In this document: positions 1 to 8,224 of the stretch, in pieces
Layout of the letters: each line of letters starts with the position of its first letter
Numbering within the stretch: position 1 is the first letter of the stretch
From: Euryarchaeota archaeon UBA181
Lineage (GTDB): Archaea > Thermoplasmatota > Poseidoniia > Poseidoniales > Thalassarchaeaceae
Direction: 5' to 3'
Assembly (NCBI GenBank): GCA_002496725.1
Contig: DALI01000068.1
Location: 1-54,618, forward strand
Length of the DNA: 54,618 bases
Translations under genes and position numbers: made by a program
The notes under the pieces: generated by a model
What the model saw: only the letters and a program-made list of their open reading frames with translations
The model's database searches: none
What the model was told of the DNA's origin: nothing

Positions 1-1
1 G

Positions 2-370
2 GGCAAGATCCACATGAAGAGGAAACCCTCCAAGGCAGGTATCAAGAAAATCACTATGGCTAAGTCCATTCAGAGGATAGCTGAGGAGAGGGTCAGCAGG
101 AGATACCCAAATCTCGAAGTCCTGAACTCGTACTGGGTCGGAGAGGATGGAAAGAACAAGTTCTACGAGGTTATTCTCCTAGATCCATCCCACCCAGTGA
201 TAATCGCCGATAAGGAACTTTCATGGGTATCAGAGGGAAACAGTCACTCTGGCCGTGCGTTCAGAGGTAAGACCAGCGCAGGTAAGAGAGGAAGGGGACT
301 TCTCAACAAGGGCAAGGGTGCTGAGAAGCTCCGTCCTAGCCTGAAGTCCAACAAGAACCGTGGCAAGTGA
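2..370 (+). CDS. rpl15e: Ribosomal protein L15e, C-terminal part (5' end lies outside the window)
   Basis: The frame is open from the window edge. [27 protein letters not shown] and [17 protein letters not shown] match the conserved C-terminal half of archaeal/eukaryotic L15e as I remember it, so the ATG at 14 is internal. Confidence 0.85.
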   Translation, partial: GKIHMKRKPSKAGIKKITMAKSIQRIAEERVSRRYPNLEVLNSYWVGEDGKNKFYEVILLDPSHPVIIADKELSWVSEGNSHSGRAFRGKTSAGKRGRGLLNKGKGAEKLRPSLKSNKNRGK

Positions 371-390
371 TTCCCACGGCCGTCATATTG

Positions 391-672
391 ATGCGATATG
401 ATACGTTCCACCGTTCGATGGCAGACCTCCACGCTTCAGAAATCAGGGGTCTCCCAGTGATTCTCCCCAGTGGCCGTCTGCTTGGAACGGTGTACGACTC
501 CTTCGTCAATACCGATGACTGGTCCTGCACCCATATCTTCGTCTCAGACCCCCCAGCTGATCTCGTCGAGGGAAGGACTCACTTGGCCATACCTTGGAAG
601 TGGGTCAGGTCGGTGAGCGACGTAGTATTGCTAAGGTGGTTCCCGCCAACCCCGATTCCCAAGAACCTTTGA
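391..672 (+). CDS. Small PRC-barrel domain protein
   Basis: ASEIRGLPVILPSGRLLGTVYDSFVNTDDW..THIFV...HLAIPWKWVRSVSDVVLL fits the PRC-barrel pattern (G-x-V, G-x-LG-x-V-D, IP..V). The ORF-track start at 367 is a GTG overlapping the L15e stop. The first ATG is at 391 and another is at 418, so the start is uncertain. Confidence 0.55.
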   Translation: MRYDTFHRSMADLHASEIRGLPVILPSGRLLGTVYDSFVNTDDWSCTHIFVSDPPADLVEGRTHLAIPWKWVRSVSDVVLLRWFPPTPIPKNL

Positions 673-728
673 CTCCTCGATGAGCTAATCGCCGATATGA
701 TTCAAAAGGGGGACGATGACCCTAAACC

Positions 729-3128
729 GTGCGTGCTGCCACGATATTGACCCTAGCCGCCTTACTGATGGCCACCTTATCCCCAATAGCACATGCTGAC
801 ACAAGGGGCGTGATAATTTGTGCAGGCGCTGATATGGAGATGATGCCAGCAAATTGGGAACTCGAGGACCAGGCATGCGTCAGAGTCGATCTCGGAGTTC
901 TCCAACAGGGAGAAACACTCTCATTCGACATCACCACAGACTCGGAAATAGACATACTCCTATTTTCATCGAACGCTATTACAGTCTATCAGAACGAGCA
1001 GTCTTACAGAAGTGACTCAGTATGGGAGAGTGACTCCGTCTTCGAGGAATTCAACGGCTCAGGGGCTTGGCATTGGACAGTTCCATCCGACAGAGACGCT
1101 ACTCGTTGGTACATGGTCTTGGATAATCTGGCACACCCACAGGACTCAGGTTCTGGCGACCAAGGGGTAGAACCTGCATCCGTGACCCTCGATGCGACTA
1201 CCATCTCACCTCAGCCATTCACTCTGGTAGACACCATCGTTCGCCTGGAGTCAGGCGAGCACTCCATTCTCTACGGGCCTTTCTCTATGGACGAAGGAAC
1301 CCAAGTTAGCATTCAGGTCAGTACAATGGAAGGTGCCCCAGACGTATTCATGATGAACGAAGAACAAGTCGAGTTGTACACCTCAGGTGGAACGGCCGCA
1401 GCACGCATACAGGGAACTGACATGCTCCTGATAACATCCAGCAGGAGTATCGTCTGGACCGTACCGGGCTCTCTCGAGGGAACTGACCTCTACCTCGTCG
1501 TCGATAACAGACCAGGGCCTTCAGGAGGAGGTGCTGGAACCCTCCCAATCGCGTCTACTGTAGTCATGACATTGACTCCAATAATGGATCCAATAATCAG
1601 TGGTATTTCCCCCTCTGGGACTGTAGATGTAGGGGCTGAGATAACCTTGGACGCATCCAATACTCCGAACCTGTCCAATCAAATTTCTGATTCTGGATAC
1701 TCGTGGGATACAGATGGCGATGGGTTTGATGATAATTCTGGAGTGCTATTCAACATCAGTTGGCCCGAGCCCACTAACATTACGATCAGGCTTTCAATAA
1801 CCGGTACCGATGGCAGAAGTACTAGCGTGTATGAGGAAGTAAGGGTCGAGGACATGTCTCCGCCATCCGTCGAGATTTCTGTTGAAGGGGTTCTCGAGAG
1901 ATCATTCAATGAAGACATAGTTCTAGGCTCCACATTCACTGACAACTGGGGTGTTTCCAAAGTAGAGTGGCTGGTGGATGGAGAGCTCCACTCTGAGTTC
2001 GAAGATGACTTCGGGACAGCATCCACATTCTCACACACATTCCAATCTGGAGAAGAATCAGGAATCCACCTAGTGACTCTCAGGGTCACCGATCTCTCAG
2101 GAATGATCACCGAGGACACAGCTTCAATCCAGGTCTTCGACTCCACATCCCCTGTCGCAGGAGCATTCGACAACTCCCTGATTTCCACAGTGGGAGAGCT
2201 TCTCGAATTAGAAATACCATTCGAGGACCAGGAGTCAGAGAATCTGTACTTCTCTTGGGATTTCGACGCACAAACCGATACTGATGGCGATGGTGATGAG
2301 GATAATGACGAGGATGCAGTTGGACCAATGGTACAACATTCATTCGATGAATCAGGAGTATACAGAGTAATCTGTAGGGCTCAGAATGACGAGGGCTTGG
2401 TATCAGTGGTGGAAATCCTCGTCACTGTGACCACGGTTTCCAGCGATGACGAGTTAGGGTTCACTGAACTACTGATGGCCCTCGGTGGAGTAATTCTACT
2501 GATAGTGATAGTATCGATGGTTTATCTGAGGGTCGCCTCCAATCGAAGGATGGCCTCTATCATTGCAGAGTCCGAGGCCAAGAAGGACGAGCAAGAATCA
2601 CAACCCAAGGAGATCTCAGTGGATGAGCAGAAGGCGATGTGGGGCGGCACTAGCACCAGTTCCGCTGTCTCCCAGCCCCAAGCCCTAGGTGGTGGCATAG
2701 CAAGCGGGATGTCAGGTGCTATTTCCTCCGAATCAGAAGCGTCATCAATAGACATTAGCGATGAAGAGTTCGACGAATTACTCTCGGCCCCCAGTGTCCA
2801 GAGAGAAGACAGTCAGGCAAATGACCTTCTCAGCGCATTCCAAGATGACGATGATGAGGTCGATCATGAAGGGAGCGTAGTGGAGTATACCTTCCCAGAA
2901 GAAGAATCTTCCAATCATGAGATTGAAGATAGTTTTGACTCAGCAAAGGTATTCCAGGTTATCGAATCCGAAGAAGAAACCATTCCTGATGCTACCGAAG
3001 ATAGAACGGTGAGGAGTAATTGCTCGAAGTGCGAGAAGATGTTCGAAGTCGACCTTCCAGAAGGTGTCGATAAAGCACGAACAGCTTGTCCACACTGTGG
3101 CTCGATTGAAACAGTGGAACTCGCGTGA
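729..3128 (+). CDS. Secreted type-I membrane protein: duplicated beta-rich N-domain, three PKD/Ig-like modules, one TM helix, ~200-aa acidic cytoplasmic tail ending in a zinc ribbon
   Basis: GTG start with a Sec-type signal peptide MRAATILTLAALLMATLSPIAHA. Two ~100-aa modules both end in Y-[ML]-V-[LV]-D-N (RWYMVLDN / DLYLVVDN). PKD signatures are YSWDTDGDG and FSWDFDAQTDTDGDG. The TM helix LLMALGGVILLIVIVSMVYL (about nt 2460-2530) is followed by RVASNRR (positive-inside). The tail is Asp/Glu/Ser-rich. Confidence 0.8.
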   Translation: MRAATILTLAALLMATLSPIAHADTRGVIICAGADMEMMPANWELEDQACVRVDLGVLQQGETLSFDITTDSEIDILLFSSNAITVYQNEQSYRSDSVWESDSVFEEFNGSGAWHWTVPSDRDATRWYMVLDNLAHPQDSGSGDQGVEPASVTLDATTISPQPFTLVDTIVRLESGEHSILYGPFSMDEGTQVSIQVSTMEGAPDVFMMNEEQVELYTSGGTAAARIQGTDMLLITSSRSIVWTVPGSLEGTDLYLVVDNRPGPSGGGAGTLPIASTVVMTLTPIMDPIISGISPSGTVDVGAEITLDASNTPNLSNQISDSGYSWDTDGDGFDDNSGVLFNISWPEPTNITIRLSITGTDGRSTSVYEEVRVEDMSPPSVEISVEGVLERSFNEDIVLGSTFTDNWGVSKVEWLVDGELHSEFEDDFGTASTFSHTFQSGEESGIHLVTLRVTDLSGMITEDTASIQVFDSTSPVAGAFDNSLISTVGELLELEIPFEDQESENLYFSWDFDAQTDTDGDGDEDNDEDAVGPMVQHSFDESGVYRVICRAQNDEGLVSVVEILVTVTTVSSDDELGFTELLMALGGVILLIVIVSMVYLRVASNRRMASIIAESEAKKDEQESQPKEISVDEQKAMWGGTSTSSAVSQPQALGGGIASGMSGAISSESEASSIDISDEEFDELLSAPSVQREDSQANDLLSAFQDDDDEVDHEGSVVEYTFPEEESSNHEIEDSFDSAKVFQVIESEEETIPDATEDRTVRSNCSKCEKMFEVDLPEGVDKARTACPHCGSIETVELA
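3021..3098 (+). other. C-terminal CxxC-x18-CxxC zinc-ribbon motif on the predicted cytoplasmic tail of the PKD protein
   Basis: CSKCEKMFEVDLPEGVDKARTACPHC read directly from the translation. It lies ~190 aa downstream of the only TM helix. Confidence 0.6.
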
Positions 3129-3189
3129 GTCATCCCCAACTCGCTTCAATCGAATAATTATCCAAATCAGGAGGGGCAATACCCTTTAG

Positions 3190-3208
3190 CGCACCTCTTT
3201 GAGGTGCG
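3190..3208 (+). promoter_or_regulatory. Perfect 8-bp/3-nt-loop hairpin whose 3' arm is the Shine-Dalgarno sequence of the 1465-aa gene
   Basis: CGCACCTC-TTT-GAGGTGCG. The GAGGTG at 3201-3206 lies 5 nt upstream of the ATG at 3212. Confidence 0.35.
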
Positions 3209-3211
3209 AGC

Positions 3212-6200
3212 ATGACAAAGAGCGGTGTCCGCGTTGTTCACAGGGCCCCACGGCTCCAGAACAACAATGCGTTACTAGTGGTTCTTGTTATGCTAATCCC
3301 ACTTTTTGCACCTATTCAAGGCGCAGAGGCAGAGGCTAGAATCGAGTCACAGGACTTCGAAATCCTCGATCGTCTTTCTGATGTACTAGATAATCGTCAA
3401 CAGGTGCTAGACTCTAACTCTGTGGGGCAAATGGCCGGACCTGCCATTCAGGGCGTCAAGGATGGAATATCTCCTAGCGGGCAAGCCCAACCTCTTTCTT
3501 CAATAGGGGACTCCCTCGAAGGGTCTTCCTTTACCGAGACAATGCCTTCAGAGCCTGAACATTCTCTGCCATACAGGCTGATTCTTGGAATCGAGGATGA
3601 TGCGGTTAGCGTTGACAACGTCTGGCAGACTCTCGTGAATATCACTGACTATGTCATCCTAACAGAGTACACAGATTTGGATGGAAACGTAGTTACGGGG
3701 ACTGAAGTAGTAACATTCACTGCTAATTTCCTCTCTCTCATAAACCTACAGACTGATCCTCTGAGTCATGCAGTAGACATTGACAATGATGGCGATGACG
3801 ATATTCAAGTCGGGCTGAGCATCTCTCTTGGCAACATAGGCTTAGACAACATAGATCTCGATACTGGAACGTTATGGATACAGCCCTCAGTCTCTTATTC
3901 TGTGGATGTCCTTGATTCGAGTCAGACGGACAGTGTCTGGGATGAAATGGACTCCTTACAAGTGTCTTTAATCAAGTCTTTCGCCTACTCAAGTCCCGAT
4001 TCGGTACTGGCGCTTGGGGATGGAGAGAGCTATATTTGGGTAGTCGACTCCAGATTCTCAACAATGCCTCAGGATTTCTCCCTGAGTATTGGGATCGAGA
4101 GGATATTCTTCAATGCGAGCGCCGTACTGCAAGATCTCATACAATCACTAGTGAATATATTCGCGTCGGATTTCGATGGCTCGGGCCTGACCCTTATTGG
4201 CATATCAGCCCCTTACTCGATATCCATAGACTCCAGTGAGATGGATTCTTGCCCAGATAGGTATAGTCCCGAGCAGCTTCTCTTTCTGCCCCCCGAAGAG
4301 ATAGATTGTGGAGTTTCCGTAGGTCTTGGGTATGCTAGATTCTCTCCTCCCTCAGAGGGTGTAAGGCAACTCTGGGAACTCGCATACATCGATCTCGATG
4401 TCAAACCAAATGGTGTCTCCTCGATGATTCCCGGAGATGTGGAGCTAGTAATCAGAACGGATAGTACAATCCCCGCAGCTGGTGGGATAGAGGGAGATAG
4501 AAGCCTCACTACCGTTGAGTATTTCGCAGATAGGAGATCGGATATACACATTCACTTCTTTGAAGACAGGGCTGGTGTTCCTGCTGAGGATAACGGGGGC
4601 TCATTCGGTAACACCACGGAATCACTTGGGTGGTTGAGAGGAATGCCCGAGGGCTCAATGTCCCAAGGGGAGATAACTAGGATTTTCAGAATGCTAGGAT
4701 CCTCCGATGAGCCAGATTTGCCTGGGGGCAAGCCAAGTAGATTGGGGTTAATACTGGGAATAAAGAACTTCTCAAGAGACACAAGCCCGAACGAGGATGA
4801 CCCAACTCTGCCAGTGAATCCAGCATATCCCCCGATCAGTATGATTCTACTCAGATCAGCGCAACCTCTTGATTCGTTGGACTACACCTCGTGGTTCGAG
4901 AGAGGGGGGGAATCAGCAGATCACAGAAGGGTCGATATTTCTATTCAGTCGATACCCACAGCCCTGGTTCTCTTCGGGTCCTTTGATGTCAGTGGATCAG
5001 ATGATGCTCAAATCAGCCTCGATGACTCAAACAATCTTGATTTCGTATCTAGAATAATGGACTCACTGATTCTAAATCTGGTAGATCTATACCTAGATGT
5101 TGGGGGAATACTCAACAGTATCCCCACCACAGTTGTGGAAGCAATAACTGGTAGTGTCGGTCCTAGTGGCGATTTACAAGGTAGGGAATTCAACTTATTG
5201 ATGCATGATAACTGGGGCGCATTGAGAAACGAGATGGCGATTGGGAGAGTCGGATTGCAAATAGGCTCCAGCCCACATCCAATCATCCTAGGGGACCATC
5301 TGGTTCTCTCCAAAGACAAGGGCCTTACTCAGGTGGTAAGTAGGGAGGGGACACTAGTGGACCCACTCGTTCCTGTGGCTGCCAGCATAGGTTTCAGTGG
5401 CCTCTCCGCCTTCTCAATCGATGATGACGATATTCTCGATGAACTAACCGTCTCAGTGAATACATCATCCAGTGAACCATTCAATTTCGTCTATATCGAT
5501 CACGAGCCTAGAACAATTTCCAACTCTTCGTATCAGGCACTCGCCATTTCTGATATTCCAGATGACATCAGTATCATGATAGATTCTGAGACAGCGACTT
5601 ACACTGCATCCCAGGGAATGGGCAAGATAACCTACACGGGAAAGGATCTGGAACAAAGGCAAGCTGTTGAAATAACTGATTTTCCAAATGAGTTCACAGC
5701 GTTTTTCGGAGGATTCTCTAGCTGGTCAACGACTTCATCTATCGGTATGATAGAAGCCCAAATCACAGATTCCCAGGATCCCGAAACAATGTCTGGAGAT
5801 CACTTCATGTTCCACCATGATCCGAATGATGGAACATCAACAATATCCTCCAGAATTTCAGGAATATCTGAAGTCAGTTGGATCCCCCCAATCTCCGAAG
5901 GATCCCTAGGGCCCGATGGTAGGGGAAAGGCGTCTATCTCTGCATCAGGGGATAGATCAATGAGCCTTAGCGTAGACCATGCTCCGACTTTGGATGAAGA
6001 CCAACTAACCGCTGTCGCAATAATAGATCCATTACCGTCATCAGTTTCTATAGAAATTCCAACTAGCTCTGACTCAGGCCCCGCTCTCGACATACCTGAA
6101 CTTAACACAAGTCTAGGATTGTCTGGGCTAGCCTTCTTCCTTGGAGGATTCGCTGATCTTGGTAGGTCGGTTAACACCGTCCTTTCTGGAATAACCACTG

Positions 6201-7609
6201 ATATTTCAACAGGAGCAAACTCTGGGGAATCCAGTGAGGATTTCTCTTTTGGCATGCAGTTAGAGGCCAATGCGCCCTTTGACCTGGTAGTTGAGTCAAG
6301 TCACGGAAATGGGTCCCTAGAGGCCCCCCCGTGGGTCCATGGAGTCTCATTCAATGCCGCCCCCTCGGGAATCTCGGATGGCTTCCATCTTAGGACATGG
6401 ATTCCCGATCTACCTCCGGTAGTCGATATGTCTGTATCCAGATCCGTTGAAGGGGAATCCCAAGACTGGCATGTGATGTTGGCATTAGACGGCTGGATCC
6501 CTGCTCATAGTGAAATGATGATCCAGGCTAGGGGGATAAACGGTCAAGACCTGCTAATGACTCTCAATGGACTGGAAGTGGGAACTCCTACTGGTATGCT
6601 CATAGACTCAACGTTCGAGTTTGAGACGGTAGCAGGAATTACAGAAGTTTCCACCTCTGCACACTATTCAATGACCGAAAGATTAGACTGGGCTCATGTA
6701 CTACTGATCAACAGGGATGCAGGAAGTCGTACTGAGATAATGATTGACGAAATCCCAGAGGTGATTGATATCACTGCAAGTCTCGGTACCGCAGTTTCGA
6801 TAGACATGACAGTGCCGGATCAATACTTGAGAGAAGACGGAGTCGGAATAAATTCGATAATGATGCAACAGATGCAATGGCTGGACTCAGCATGGTGGCC
6901 AGCAACTATTTTCTTGACCGATGTTCCCGGATCTATCAACCTAACAACTGAGCCAGATACAAACTTCGACATAACCCAGAGTCTCGCATTCCAAGGAATC
7001 CCCATACTGGACTATCGGGCTTCAGGAGAAGGGATGTCACTTTACATCGAGGCTTTTGGAAGATCGATTAATACTAAGGGAGATATAATTTTACTCGCGG
7101 AAGGACTATCAGATAGCCTAGTCATCAAGCCAGCCGACGGATATGGTTTGAATATCCGATCAGGAGGGGATGGAGTTGATACAATATATATCAGATCTAG
7201 CAACATACCTACCACTCCACCTGTGACCATGGAGGAGATGGAGGCATTGGGCGAGAACCTCAAGAGCGCTACGATACATATCCATGAACTCGGCCGAGTA
7301 TCATCGACACTTCCCGGCTACCCAGTTATCGAACTGTCAGATGTCCAAGGTGGTAAGATAATCATCTCGGCAAGAGCATCAGCAGAATTCGCAGGACAGG
7401 AGTTTGACCTTAGGGGTGTTCTCCTAGATGCCCAAACAACGTCTGGAATACCCACTGCGACTACCATAGGTGTCAACGGCCTAGCTTCCGATCTCTCTAT
7501 TCTGAATATTATTCCTGGATTCGAAGGGGAGACACAGCATATCATGGTAGTAGAGCCAGTATCATCGGGTATAATGACCCTTATCGCAACTTTTCTGGGG
7601 GGTAGTTGA
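3212..7609 (+). CDS. Giant (1465 aa) secreted orphan protein, candidate cell-envelope/S-layer-like glycoprotein
   Basis: ATG with a GAGGTG SD. N-terminal signal/anchor is RLQNNNALLVVLVMLIPLFAPIQGAEA. There is one integrin/FG-GAP-like Ca loop (DIDNDGDDD). By eye there are at least nine N-x-S/T sequons. A short C-terminal hydrophobic segment (SSGIMTLIATFLGGS) has no basic stop-transfer. I recognise no other domain. Confidence 0.8.
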   Translation: MTKSGVRVVHRAPRLQNNNALLVVLVMLIPLFAPIQGAEAEARIESQDFEILDRLSDVLDNRQQVLDSNSVGQMAGPAIQGVKDGISPSGQAQPLSSIGDSLEGSSFTETMPSEPEHSLPYRLILGIEDDAVSVDNVWQTLVNITDYVILTEYTDLDGNVVTGTEVVTFTANFLSLINLQTDPLSHAVDIDNDGDDDIQVGLSISLGNIGLDNIDLDTGTLWIQPSVSYSVDVLDSSQTDSVWDEMDSLQVSLIKSFAYSSPDSVLALGDGESYIWVVDSRFSTMPQDFSLSIGIERIFFNASAVLQDLIQSLVNIFASDFDGSGLTLIGISAPYSISIDSSEMDSCPDRYSPEQLLFLPPEEIDCGVSVGLGYARFSPPSEGVRQLWELAYIDLDVKPNGVSSMIPGDVELVIRTDSTIPAAGGIEGDRSLTTVEYFADRRSDIHIHFFEDRAGVPAEDNGGSFGNTTESLGWLRGMPEGSMSQGEITRIFRMLGSSDEPDLPGGKPSRLGLILGIKNFSRDTSPNEDDPTLPVNPAYPPISMILLRSAQPLDSLDYTSWFERGGESADHRRVDISIQSIPTALVLFGSFDVSGSDDAQISLDDSNNLDFVSRIMDSLILNLVDLYLDVGGILNSIPTTVVEAITGSVGPSGDLQGREFNLLMHDNWGALRNEMAIGRVGLQIGSSPHPIILGDHLVLSKDKGLTQVVSREGTLVDPLVPVAASIGFSGLSAFSIDDDDILDELTVSVNTSSSEPFNFVYIDHEPRTISNSSYQALAISDIPDDISIMIDSETATYTASQGMGKITYTGKDLEQRQAVEITDFPNEFTAFFGGFSSWSTTSSIGMIEAQITDSQDPETMSGDHFMFHHDPNDGTSTISSRISGISEVSWIPPISEGSLGPDGRGKASISASGDRSMSLSVDHAPTLDEDQLTAVAIIDPLPSSVSIEIPTSSDSGPALDIPELNTSLGLSGLAFFLGGFADLGRSVNTVLSGITTDISTGANSGESSEDFSFGMQLEANAPFDLVVESSHGNGSLEAPPWVHGVSFNAAPSGISDGFHLRTWIPDLPPVVDMSVSRSVEGESQDWHVMLALDGWIPAHSEMMIQARGINGQDLLMTLNGLEVGTPTGMLIDSTFEFETVAGITEVSTSAHYSMTERLDWAHVLLINRDAGSRTEIMIDEIPEVIDITASLGTAVSIDMTVPDQYLREDGVGINSIMMQQMQWLDSAWWPATIFLTDVPGSINLTTEPDTNFDITQSLAFQGIPILDYRASGEGMSLYIEAFGRSINTKGDIILLAEGLSDSLVIKPADGYGLNIRSGGDGVDTIYIRSSNIPTTPPVTMEEMEALGENLKSATIHIHELGRVSSTLPGYPVIELSDVQGGKIIISARASAEFAGQEFDLRGVLLDAQTTSGIPTATTIGVNGLASDLSILNIIPGFEGETQHIMVVEPVSSGIMTLIATFLGGS

Positions 7610-8169
7610 TGGGCCTTCTTGAGAGAATTAGACAGGTCGAAGAACCTGATGAGACATTGGAAGAGAGAACTGCTCATGATGCGCTAGATCTACTCGAAGA
7701 AAAACTCAGCCATATTTCGCCCTACAGGGTCATTTTTGCCTCTCTGACCGCACTTCTGGTCCTATCAGCCTCCTTGGTTGCCGTAGTGTGGTTAGTTCCG
7801 TATGATAGGGTATCTGTCGATGTGGTCTACAAGCAGGGGGGGTCTAGTCACATAATCCTCGCTGAGATAAACAACCAGGGTAGCAGGTCTATTGAGTCTG
7901 TATCTCTAGATCTGATCTTCATAGATTCAGAAGGTATGGAAATTCAAAGGACTCATTTCGAATCAGACAGAATCTCTGCCCATAAGTCACTAGCTGGGGA
8001 TGAACTGGAAATGATAGTTAACGGTGAATCAGTATGGGAAAACTACACAATTGACATAATTCTCACTTATGACAACTATCGTAAGAGTGTCTATGAGAAG
8101 AATACAATGGATGTGGGAGACTGGACTCTGGAGCTTTTCACAGTGAGGCCACCCTTGCAGATTCTATGA
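7609..8169 (+). CDS. Small bitopic membrane protein with one CARDB-like ectodomain, translationally coupled to the 1465-aa gene
   Basis: The ATG at 7609 shares its A with the upstream TGA (TGATG); the ORF-track start at 7606 is TTG. The protein has an acidic N-terminus, a TM helix VIFASLTALLVLSASLVAVVWLV, and a ~120-aa beta-rich domain containing ILAEINNQGSRS, the [VI]-x-N-x-G motif also repeated in the two following genes. Confidence 0.65.
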   Translation: MGLLERIRQVEEPDETLEERTAHDALDLLEEKLSHISPYRVIFASLTALLVLSASLVAVVWLVPYDRVSVDVVYKQGGSSHIILAEINNQGSRSIESVSLDLIFIDSEGMEIQRTHFESDRISAHKSLAGDELEMIVNGESVWENYTIDIILTYDNYRKSVYEKNTMDVGDWTLELFTVRPPLQIL

Positions 8170-8224
8170 TTAACCAGGTTCAGATAACCCATACTCTCAA
8201 AATGGCCTTGATGGAGGACTCATA

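Noticed and set aside
1679-2188. Long antisense ORFs inside the big surface-protein genes (e.g. 1679-2188, 4213-4551, 5800-6270, 10177-10605, 10933-11466, 11860-12297, all minus strand).
   Set aside because: They lie entirely within much longer sense ORFs that have clear signal peptides and domain motifs. Their translations are Ser/Pro/Thr-rich low-complexity mirror images with no start-site signals. I treat them as shadow ORFs.
2760-2860. DEEFDELL in the tail of the PKD protein as a eukaryote-style acidic dileucine sorting signal.
   Set aside because: The pattern match ([DE]xxxL[LI]) is short and expected by chance in an acidic tail, and archaea lack the adaptor complexes that read it. It is reported only as a repeated LLSA motif.
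7540-7609. PGF-CTERM/archaeosortase signal at the C-terminus of the 1465-aa protein and of the other surface proteins.
   Set aside because: No PGF tripeptide precedes any of the C-terminal hydrophobic segments, and genes 1, 4 and 5 have ordinary TM-plus-basic stop-transfer anchors.
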